DNA of 64,000 nucleotides from Basidiobolus meristosporus CBS 931.73 (Eukaryota; Fungi; Basidiobolomycota): positions 1 to 64,000 of the forward strand of contig MCFE01000009.1 of assembly GCA_002104905.1 (NCBI GenBank). Direction: 5' to 3'. Below the pieces are notes generated by a model. That model was not told the origin of the DNA. It saw nothing but the letters and a program-made list of their open reading frames with translations, and searched no databases. The translations under genes were made by a program, and so were the position numbers. Numbering within the stretch: the stretch's first letter is position 1; every line of letters starts with the position of its first letter. Below are positions 50,069-61,282 of the stretch, piece by piece.

Positions 50069-51268
50069 TGTTGTGTTCTATTATGATTAGTTTGGGGCTT
50101 GTTCTATAATGTGGAGGCTAATCAACAATATACAACAACTTCCAGTATGCTGATACTGAAATAGTTTATTGGGAGTTTGATATACCAATAGAAGATATAA
50201 CTTTCCCTAATATCCACAATCTTAGGCTCAAAATATACTATAGGCAGCGTTTTTTCACTTCTACAGCAGTGTTCTGACCTTCTGTTGACTATTGGGCTTA
50301 TTGACTTTTATTGTAACCTTTCCTTACTAGGTAGTCACTTTTCTTTCTGAAAAAATATTTCCTACTATGGAAATTCTGAACTCCCCCTGAACCTGAAGGG
50401 TGTGGTGTAGAAGTCTCTAAAGGGGTCTTTAGACCTAAAGGGGTGTCTTTAGAGTAAAGGGGCTTCTTGTAGCGGTCTCTAAAGTGAACTTTACACTAAA
50501 GGGGTGCCCAACAGGGCTTCTATAGAGCAAAGGGGCTTCTCAAAGGGGCCTCTAAAGGGGTCTTTAGACTAAAGGGGCTTCTGAGAGGGGACTTTTCCAA
50601 CAGAAAAATGGTAGTTTTCTTGTAGAACTTAGATTGGATTCTTGTGAGCTCTGCAATCTCTTTACTGATCTAATACCAATCAAAGTCAGAGTACTCAACA
50701 GTGCAAGTGATGCAGGGGAAGTCTTATAACCTTTAAACTTGTAATTGTAGTGTGGAGATTCTGGAAAGAGAGGCTCTCCTTTATTTTTCAGCTGGGGAAT
50801 TCATATATATGAAAATTCTGAAGGATCAAAGCTTTTGGGCAATTGCGCAAACAATACATGGGATACAAAGCTAAAATTTTGCCATGGCACAGAACAGACT
50901 TAAGCACAGCATCTGTGTAAATATCATGTGATATGATTGGCTGGCTCAAAAGTTGCACGCAATCAAAGTCCTCATAGTAATCCTTGCAATAGAGGTCCAG
51001 TACATATAATAATTGGACTCTTTGGTCATAACTCCTTAAGTACTGCTTCAGATGAGCTGTAACTTGAAGCATGTGTTGGCTACTGTGTGTTTGCTATGAC
51101 ATAATATTCTTGGGTGGATTGCTTGTCAGGGTCTGGAGCATTTGTCCTTCAAAGTTGTAAATTCTTGATCTTTCACCTGTGTGTTACAATAGCAAAAAGC
51201 AAAATAAAGAAATTAGTGCAATATTGGTTTTGAGATATTGTAATAATGGAATACTCTCCATTAACACA
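50069..51268. mobile_element. Unclassified 1200-bp insertion with TGT...ACA ends and a 4-bp GATC TSD
   Basis: Removing it restores collinearity with the CACTA copy at about 61390. Contains (T)AAAGGGG repeats at about 50415-50590 and a broken minus-strand ORF. Confidence 0.75.
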
Positions 51269-51283
51269 GATCCTTGTATTATT

Positions 51284-51707
51284 TGTTGTAAGAGTCTTGG
51301 AGATATTGGAAGTGATTGGGAGAACAAGTAGATTATGTGGTTTTCACTTAATGATTTATTGAATGTAAAAGTAGTATTTATACTTTTACCTGGTCTTGGC
51401 ATTACAAACACGTAGAATAGGTTAAGGAAGGTCCCAAGAACATGTGTGCAAAGTTTGGGGCTGTTTGGACAACTTTGAGAATTTTCATGTTCTGGGTACC
51501 TGGCATCCCAAGAACATGTGTGCAAAGTTTGGGGCTGTTTGGACAACTTTGAGAATTTTCATGTTCTGGGTACCTGGCATTTTGGTGAAAAATATTCTAA
51601 GTAAATCCCAACAAGGAATTTGGTCAGTATTCTGTAGGATTTGAAGGTGATGATCTAAGTGACTAAGTTAGGTGAATATTTAGGTGGAAATACAAATTTT
51701 TACAACA
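51284..51707 (-). mobile_element. Solo copia LTR with a perfect 74-bp internal tandem duplication
   Basis: 424 bp = 350 + 74. Units at 51433-51506 and 51507-51580. Perfect TSD TTATT. Confidence 0.95.
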
Positions 51708-53626
51708 TTATTTCCTATGCTGTCTGTGGGCTTCCTGGCTGAGAGGCTTGCTACAATAGCCACATGGTCTTTTTTCTCTTTGCTGAGAGCATTGACTCAA
51801 AGTGGTCTTGCCCATGGGGCAAACTGTTAGACACTCAAAAATATAGCACTATTGTATTACTTTTCTGTTAATACTTATGTGAATTCAAGACAGTTTTATA
51901 TATGAGACATTGCAACTACATGAATATAAGATTCAATGATGACCTGCCATAGTAAGCATTATAAACAAAGTTGTAGCACCACAGGCACATGTATATGTAA
52001 CACTATTTTGCCTTTAGTTTGACTCACTTCCATATATATGCCGCCAAAGAATAAAGCAAAGTTGCCTGGTTCCCAACCAAACCCCAATGCTGACAGCAGC
52101 AGAAGTGTAATTGAACAACAGCTTGCTTTGACATTCAGTGCAACAAGTGGGACTACAACCAAAAAGGCCCTGTGGACAATGTACCCACTAAATGTAATAA
52201 TGTGGACTCCTCAGGCTCTTGGTCAAGAAGGCAATTGGGAATATCTGTGGAGCTGCAAGCTGAGCAGAATGCTGAGGCAGATGAGAATCTAGCAAAAGCA
52301 GTACCTTGAACTGAAGACTAGCAAGTGGCCATCACAATATCACCACCACCTCTATTGGCAAGTATGTTACCAGCTGATACCAAAGCATTAGTGAGGCAAT
52401 TAGGTGTAGTGGCTGATAGGATAGACACAATGGCACAGAGAAATTAGTGCTCCTCCCCCCCCTCAGCATTGTGTTGAGGTGGCAGGGAAGCAAAGCTGAT
52501 TTTGCCCCCACAGACATGAGGCATCCCAGGAAAACCTCAAGCACCCCCAGTCATTAGGAAATAGACCAGAAACAGGATGAGCAAACAAAGGGTGTGGGTA
52601 ATGAACATCCCAGGCAGAGAGAGCAGTATCTTTGCTGAAAAAAAGGAACTTAAGTAGCTTGATGTCACATTCAAGATTTGAGCCATTTCTTAATGTAACA
52701 GCAGAGGAACACTGTACAGTCTTTGAAGCACAACAACAGTGCCTAAAGATAAAGCCCACAGAAAAACCTATCACAGAATAGGAGAGAGAAGATGCAGTGT
52801 TTGTAACTAGGCCTAAAAATCAAAAAACATTGCAGATCTGTGAAGCTGATGAGTGCAATGATGAAGAGTGCGCTAATATTCAAGACACTGTTAGATGTCT
52901 AACACACCAACATCTCAAGGCTGGCATGCCATGGGACTATCAGGAACCCAATGCAAAGCAGAATGCACTTGACTTGCTCCATGAGCATTATCCTTGTTTC
53001 AAACAAGCAAACAGATTTTGGGCCAGCATTAGTATGATAAGAAAGTCTCTCAAGAATAGCAGAAACTAACAAAGGCAGAAGAACAAGGGTGCAATGACTA
53101 AAAATCAGTGGCTTCCTCAAGAGCCTGTTACATGCAAGGCCAAAAGATGCAATCAAGCATCACAGAGACATCAGGTAGCTAGAAGAGTGCCAATAAGGGT
53201 AAAACAGGCAGACACAGATGCACCAAAATGGCATTTACCAAGGAAAAAATGTAGTTCTACTCAAGAAGTACTCTGCCAAAGTAGCAGTGAAGAGCCTGGC
53301 AGTGATTCAAACAAGCAGCTACCTCAGGAGCCCATCACAGCAGGGGCTGAGTGCTTGATACAAGCAGAAAAGAAGCATCAAGTTGCCTGCAGAGTGTCAG
53401 CAAGAGACAAGCAGGCCAAAACTGATGCATCAGAGCAGCATTTATCAAGGCTACAGCATGGTTCAATTCACAAAGCCCTCTGACAGAGTAGCAGTGAAAG
53501 ACCTGGTAGTGATAAAGGAAACAGTAAAGGGAAAAAAGTCTACACAAGCCAGAGACAGGGAAATCTGAGAAAAGAGCTGCAGTTCTTTCCAACAGATGCT
53601 GTAAGCCAGGAACAGACTGAATCCCA

Positions 53627-54880
53627 TCATATTCTTGTTGGTAACTCTTCTTGGCTATGATGGGACTCAGTCTGTTGTGGGCTGATGGCAATAATTGGTG
53701 AGAACTGCAGCTTTTTTCTCCTACTTATCTGTGTCTGGCCTTGGTACACCTTTTTCTCTTTACCTTTACCTTTATCACTGCTAATTCTCTCACTACTATG
53801 TTGACTGAGTGCTTCTTGTATTGTGCTCTGTTTGCTCAAAGAAGAATGCTCCACTGTTGCATCCATTCCTGCCTGCTTGTCTCTTGCCAGTATTCTCCTG
53901 GCATCTTGGTGTTTCTTGACCACTTGGTTGGAACTATTGGCCCGGCTTGTAATGGGCTGCTGAGAAAGCTGCAGGATTTAGCACTGTCAAGCATGCCCTA
54001 TGAAAAATTATTGAGATGTTCCCATCAAAAGGCCGTCACAAAGTCAATATCTTGTGAGAAAGAGGTACTGATATTGTCAGGACACCATCCAGAGACCGTT
54101 AAAAATAATTGCACCCATATTTCACAAAAAACCTGGTCAAAATTTTTCATCACAACAATGTATAAGTGGCTTTTGAATGGTTCCTGGCCAATTTGCTCAC
54201 TTTCTGATCCCAGACACTCTATTGCCTCCCTTGTTGGTGTGAATTGATTGGCTATTGCCTCTTTTTCACACTCCTTGCTTCCTGACTCAACCATTTCTCT
54301 TACTTTTCACGCATACAAATTGATTCATTTCCATTGAAACTTCAGTAGTACCTCAATTGCCAATTGTATTGACCAATACAAGTCTCTATACCCTACACTA
54401 ACATTAAGCCCAACCCTACACTCAACAAGTAGCTCCATTAAAATCCACCACTCCATAAGTATATCTGCTGAATTGCTCTGGTTCCACAACTTTGGTAGGA
54501 ACCCAACAGCTTTATGCCACTGTTCTTTCACTGGTTCTCACATGTCCTGGTCTTCAGCCAGCACTGCAGGGTCTAGCTCCTCATCTGCCAGTCTTTGCAA
54601 TAAATCCTTGCAATATTCCAGTGCATTTTCTTGAGCACTGCTCTTAAAGAAGTGCTGCAACCTCTTGGCATGCATATTAATGTTCCAAAACTCCACTGAA
54701 GGCATTGTGATAGTCTTTTGAGCTCTTGACATTGTAGCCTTGTCTGTCAGTGGGATCTCCACTCTGTCAACAATGAAGGCTGTGGAAGCTGTGGTAGAAA
54801 GATTGCCTTTTTCAGCAAACTCATCTACCTTGCTGGAGTGTAGCTCAACTGGCTGTGCTTCCAACCCTTGTGAAAACAGC
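53627..54880 (-). pseudogene. Further CACTA ORF2 fragments (C-terminal part of copy X, separated from it by copia 2)
   Basis: 54400-54880 is homologous to 41911-42370 (VELHSSKVDEF...QENALEYCKDLLQRLADE). 53627-53970 is homologous to the ORF2 repeat region. Confidence 0.65.
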
Positions 54881-54933
54881 ACTTAATGATTTATTGAATG
54901 TAAAAGTAGTATTTTAATGGAGTAACTTATTGA

Positions 54934-57900
54934 TGTTATAAGAGTCTTGGAGATATTGGAAGTGACTTGGAGAACAAGTAGTTTATGCAGTTTTCACTTA
55001 ATGAAATATTGAATGTAAAAGTAGTGTTTATACTTTCACCTGGTCTTGACATAACAAACACGTAGAATAGGTTAAGGAGGGCCCCAAGAACATGTGTGTA
55101 AAGTTTGGGGCTGTTTGGACAACTTTGAGAATTTTCATGTTCTGGGTACCTGGTATTTTGGTGAAAATATTCTAAGTAAATCCCAACAAGGAATTTGGTC
55201 AGTATTCTCTGGGATTTGAGGGTAATGCTCTAAGTGACTAAGTTAGGCAAATATATAGGTGGAATTACAAATTCTTACAATACTCCCACTCAGCTAAATG
55301 TTCATACTGACTAGTCCTAATTTTGACCTAAGATATTCAAACTTGTCTCTAGGTAATGGTTTGGTAGATATGTCTGCAATCATTTCATCTGCAGGACAGT
55401 AAACTAAGCTAACTAAGTTATTCTCTATAGCTTCACATATGAAATGATGTCTAATATCTATGTGCTTGGTTCTAGCATGAAAAGTTGGATTTCTACCTAA
55501 TTGTATACATCCTTGATTATCTTGAAATAAAGTAATAGGCGTTTTTTAACATAAGCCTGAATCTGTAAAAGGTTTTCTTAACCACATTGCTTCTTTTGTA
55601 GCTTCACAGGCTGCCATATACTCTGCCTCTGTGGTGGAAAGTGCTATGGTTGGTTGCTTTCTTGAATTCCATAAAATTGCTCCTTTACAGTAAAGAAATG
55701 TGTATCCTGTGGTGGATCTTCTGTCTTCCAAATTTGGTCCCCAATCAGCATCAGAGTATCCCACAAGATCCTGTTCTGAATCCTTATAAGTGTATCTTAA
55801 GCAGATATCAGCAGTTCCTTTTAGGTATCTAAAAATCTGCTTAACTGCTGCAATATGATCAGATCCATAGTTCTGATTATGCTGGCTGACAGCTCCCACT
55901 GAATATGAGATATCTGGACGTGTTCCAAGCATGATATACATCAGACTGCCGACCATAGATTGATAAGGAAAGTCAGGGTTTTCAGATGGCACCAAGCTCT
56001 CTTGATTAGGTTAAATTTTGATCAAGTTAAGGTTTGTATCCATTGGGGTAGCTGCCGGTTTACAGTCTTCCATTTGGTACTTCTTTAGTATATCTTGAAT
56101 ATACTTGGATTGGCTTAGTGTGATAGTTGGGTACTTCTGTCTATTGAGAACTTAATCCCTAAGTAGTAACTAAGTTCTCATAGATTGGACATCTTGAACT
56201 CCTTAGATAGGCTGGATTTAGTCTCTTCCAATGTTTCTAGGTTATTGGCATCTATAATAAGATCATCCACATATAGAGCTAATAGAACTGGATTTGCTCT
56301 ATCTGGCTTATAGTATATACTATAGTCAGCATTACTTCTTTTGAAACTCAAAGATTCCAAATAAGAATCTATCTTGCAATTCCAGGCTCTTGGTGATTGT
56401 TTGAGACCACATAGTGACTTTTTAAGCTTGCAGACCAAATGGGGGTTATCTTGGTCAGCAAACCCATCAGGCTGGTTCATATACACATCCTCATCAAGTT
56501 CTCCATTCAAAAATGCAGTTTTTACATCCATTTGATAAATAAAAAACTTATATTTGGCTGCAATAGCCAATATTAATATGATGGAATTAAAGTTGGCTAC
56601 CAGTGCAAAGGTCTCAGTATAGTCAAGTCCTTTTGTTTGAGAGTATCCTTTGGCTACAAGTCTTGCTTTGTATCTTTCAATTGTACCATCAGCCTTGTAT
56701 TTTCTCTTGAAGACCCATCTGCATCCAATTGATTTTTGGTTGATTGGTTATTTGACCAAGTTCCAAGTTTGATTTTCCATTAGGGCCTGATAATCCTCAG
56801 TCATTGCAGATCCCCAAAACTTTGTCTGAGGGCTATTTAGGGCCTCTTTTACCGTCTGGGGTTCATCAATATGGACTGAATAGGCATAGGCTAAGTTTGT
56901 ACCCTCATTGATATAGTAATTTGGGCTATTTCTTGCCTGATTGGATCTCTGGGCATTTGATACTGGAATGATCACTTCTGGGATATTCCTGGGCACTGAT
57001 TCTGGCTGAACCATGGTTGTAGAGTCCTCTGGAGTGAAAAAGATTTCATTGTTTTGCTCTGATTCAATCCTGACAATTGGTGGATTTGAGATCAAATTTT
57101 CTTCATTATCTAATGTCATTTTTTGAGAATATTTTGAATTTTCATCAAACAACACATCCCTGGACTTGATCAGCTTCTTTACTTTGGTATTGTAGGGTCT
57201 GTATGCCTTACTCTCATTGCAGTAGCCCAAAAATATGCATTTTAGACTTCTTGGCTCAAATTTTGACTGATTTTGGGCCAGTTTTTTGGCATATGCTGTA
57301 CACCCAAATATTCTTAGATGTTCTGCACTTGGTCTGTATCCATACCATGCTTCAAGTGGGGTAGATTCACAAAGTATTCCGTTATAACTCCTATTTTTAA
57401 GGTATGCAGCAGTGGCAACTGATTCCGCCCAAAAATCATAGGATAATTTTTGATCATGGATCATAGATCTTGCCATATCAATTATTGATCTATTAGCACA
57501 TTCTGCTACTCCATTTTGCTGTGGGGAGTATGGTACAGCAGTCGCTTGCTTTATCCCATGAATTTTGCAGAAGTGGATGCATAGTTTTGAGGTATATCCT
57601 CCACCATTGTCAGAGCGTATTTTCTTGATTTTTTCACCTATTTCTCTCTTCACCATGGCTTTAAACTCCCTGAACTTAGTCACATCTTCTTCCTTTCTCT
57701 CCATGAAGTAGACCCATGTGTATCTTGTATAATCATCAATAAAGGTGATTAATTACTTCATCCCGCCTAAGGATAAATTTTGCATAGGTCCACACAGATC
57801 TGAGTGAATTAGATCTAATTTTTCCTTAGTTTTGATTAACCCTCAGCTCTTGAATGGTTGTTGGGCTTGCTTCCCATATATGAAGTCTTCACAGTGCTCC

Positions 57901-59617
57901 AAATTAGCTGGGGGATCAATTTTCACTCCAGAAATTAGCTGATCTTTGATCATTTTACGCAAATAATCAAAATTGATGTGCCCAATTCTACTGTGCCAAA
58001 GCATTGGTGTTGCTTCATTTAAGTTACTTATATTGGCTTCCAGATATGATGGAATATAAGTCAACTTGTATAGATTTTGATCTCTGATGCCCAAAGCAAT
58101 ATGGGCACCATTTTGATCAGTGATCCTGCATCCAGAATTATCAAAACTGAAACTGAGTCCTTCTGCTGCAGCCTTGCTTACAGAGAGTAGGTTCTTGGCA
58201 ATCTCTGGTATATAGAGTACTTCTTTAAAGGTCAGTGTATGGCTTCCATCACTGCTTCTAAGGTTTACTTGGATAGTTTCTTCTCCCACTGCATTAAGTG
58301 TTCTATTGTCACACATGAAAACCTTCCTAATTGGAATTTCTTGATATTGCATAAAAAGTTCTTTTTGGTGTGTAAAGTGTTGAGATGCTCCCAAGTCAAT
58401 ATACCGCATCTGAGAATCCTTGTTTGCGGTCATATTTAGTGCAGATATGAATAGTCTATCTTCAGTTGCTGCAGCATATCCATATTGAGGCTTCTTTTTC
58501 TGATTATCTTTCTTTTTGAGACACCGGTCTGATGTGTGTCCTTTCCTTTTGCAGTAGTTGCAAAATAGGTTGCTGTTGCCTCTGTAGGGTCTTGGGTACC
58601 TTCTTTGTTGGTTATCATTGCTTATTAAAGCATTTTCTTCTTCCTTCTTATTGGCGCTGGATTTTCTTAATTCTTCATCCAGGAGCCTTCCATATACATA
58701 ATTTAAGGTCAAATCTTCAGTTCTGGACTCTAAGGCTGATACAAGGCCCTGAAACTTGTCTGTCAGGCTATTCAAGACAGTAACTATCACATCTTCATCA
58801 GTGGTTGGTATACCCACAGATTCCATCTCATCTACCAGCAGGGTAATTCTGTTAATTAGATTTTTCATTTCTTCTCCTGGCAGCATCTTTGCAGTAAAGA
58901 ATTTTTGTCTCAGATACATTTTCTTAGCAGCTGAACATGACTGGTAGGTGTCTTCTAATGCCTTCCAGGTATTCTTTGCCGTTTTTGCTCTTGAGCATTG
59001 AATTAGCAATTTGTCTTTAACATTAAGGCAAATGCAGTTAAAGGCACTTTGTTCTTTCTTTTGGTACATTGAGGTTTCCTCTCCCACATTTTTAGGAGGG
59101 CATTCTTCTCCCATGACAATAACTCAAAGGCCTCTTTCTTGTAGCAGCATCTTCATTTTCACCTTCCACACTTGGTAGTTAGATCCATCCAACTTTTCAG
59201 CAGAGGGGAAAATTCCAGTAATAGCAGTAGTAGACATTGGAGAGAGTGACAGCTTGGGGCTCATAGCCTGTTGTAAGAGTCTTGGAGATATTGGAAGTGA
59301 TTTGGAGAACAAGTAGATTATGTGGTTCTCACTTAATGATTTATTGAATGTAAAAGTAGTATTTATACTTTTACATGGTCTTGGCATAACAACAATGTAG
59401 AATAGGCTAAGGAAGGTCTCAAAAACATGTGTGCAAAGTTTGGGGCTGTTTGGACAACTTTGACAATTTTCATGTTCTGGGTACCTGGTATTTTGGTGAA
59501 AATATTCTAAGTAGATCCTGACAAGGAATTTGGTCAGTATTCTCTAGGATTTGAGGGTAATGATCTAAGTGACTAAGTTAGGTGAATATTTGGGTGGAAT
59601 TACAAATTTTTACAACA
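54934..59617 (-). mobile_element. Second, degenerate Ty1/copia element of the same family
   Basis: LTRs at 54934-55282 and 59269-59617. Gag-pol is broken into at least 5 ORFs. PBS mutated to GGCTATGAGCCC. Flanks ATTGA/GCAAG do not match. Confidence 0.95.
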
Positions 59618-61060
59618 GCAAGAACTGCAGTTTTTTTTGCTTGCCTCCTTGTCTCAGGCTTAGGTAGACATTTTTCCCTTTACCTTTTCCTTTATCACTG
59701 CCAGGTCTTTCACTGCTGCTTTGTCTGAGTGCTTCTTGTAAGAGCTACATTTTCTCCTGAATACATTCTGCTCTGACACATCTATTTTGGCCCGCTTGTT
59801 CCTTGCTGGCACTCTTCTGGCAACCTGACATTTCTTTTCAGCTTGTTTTGAGCTCTCAACTGTAGTTGTTACCGGCTCCTGTAAAAGCAGCTAGTTTTTA
59901 TCACTGCCAGGTCCTTCACTATTACTTTGAATGGGTGCTTCTTGAGTGGTACTGCACTTTTTCCTTGATAAATGTTGTGCTGGTTCATCCATGTCTGCCT
60001 GCTTGTCCTTAATTGGTACTCTTCCAGCTGCCTGACATCTCTTTGACGCTTATCTGGAGCTTTTAGCCCTGTTTGAAATGGGCTCTTGAGGAAGCCGCTG
60101 GTTTTTAGCCATGGCACCCTTGTTCTTCTGCCTTTGATAGTTTCTGCCATTCTTAAGATACTTTCTTAGCCTACCAATGCTGGCCCAAAATCTGTTTGCC
60201 TGCTTGAATCCAGGATAATACTCATGGAACAACTCAAGTGCATTCTGCTTTGCCTTGAGTTCCTGATGGTCCCATGGTATGCCAGCCTTAAGGTGATGGT
60301 GTGCTAGACTTCTGATGGCCTGTTGTATATTAGCCTACTCTTCATCATTGCACTTATCAGCTTTACAGATCTTCAATGTCTTTTGATTTTTAGGCTTTGG
60401 TATAAACACCACATTGTCTCCCTCTCACGCTGTGATAGGTTTTTCTGTGGGCTTTATCTTTGGGCATTGTTGTTGTGCTTCAAAGACTATATGGTGTTCC
60501 TCTGCTGTTGCATTGGGAAATGGCTCAATTCTTGGCTGTGATATTGAGCTACATGAGTTCCTTCCTTGCAGCAAAGATACTGCTTTCTCTACCTGCAATA
60601 TTGATTACTATACACATATTATCTGCTCATCCTGTTTCTGGACTACTTCCTGACTTCTCTGGGCCATTGCATCTATCCTATCAGCCTCTGCACCTAATTG
60701 CTTCATTAATGCTTTGGTATGAGCTGACAACATACTTGCTGATATGGGTGGTGGTGATATTATCATGGCCATTTGCTGATCTTCAACTGAGGGTACTGCG
60801 TTTGCTACATACTCATCTGCCTGAGCATAACATTCAGCTTGTGGCTCTGCAGAGGTTCTCAATTGTCTACTTGACTGAGAGCCTGAGGAGTCCGCATTAT
60901 TACCTTCAATGGACACACTGTCCACAGGGCCTTTTTTGGATGTAGCCCTGCTTGTTGCACTGAATATCAAAGCAAGCTGTTGTCCAACTGTTCTTCTGTT
61001 GCCATCAGTGGTGGGGTTTGGTTGAGAACCGGACAACTTTGCTTTATTTTTTGGCGGCAT
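59618..61060 (-). pseudogene. CACTA ORF2 (copy X), MPPKNKAK... start
   Basis: ATG at 61060. Homologous to the 52038 copy. Contains FHEYYPGFKQANRFWASIGRLRKYLKNGRN. Frameshifts and stops present. Confidence 0.75.
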
Positions 61061-61282
61061 ATATATGGAAGTGAGTCAAACCAAAGGGGAAATAGTGTTA
61101 CATATACATGTGTATGTGGTGCCACAACTTTATTTATAATGCTAACTATGGCAGGTCACCATTGAATCTTACATTCATGTAGGTGCAATGTCTCAAATAT
61201 AAGACTGTCTTAAGTTTACATGAGCATTGACCAAAAAGTGATATAATAGCATTACGTTGTTGAAGGTCAAACTGTTTGCCCC

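Larger units (their letters stand above)
44161..53650. mobile_element. CACTA (CMC-EnSpm) DNA transposon copy Y, interrupted by three nested insertions
   Basis: Terminus CACTACAA at 44161. Minus-strand Transposase_21 pieces (LALDGF, LDSYLYSLLDEF, IGDAP..KIAGF.GCNG..CCQMC) at 44460-45196, 49884-50068 and 51708-51815. ORF2 on the plus strand from ATG 52038. Right terminus not found. Confidence 0.75.

Noticed and set aside
40550-50752. Second CACTA terminus at 40550-40561 (GGTATTGTAGTC) or 50743-50752 (AATTGTAGTG)
   Set aside because: The first has the wrong terminal base and faces away from the element. The second lies inside the unrelated 1.2-kb insertion and matches only 8 bp.
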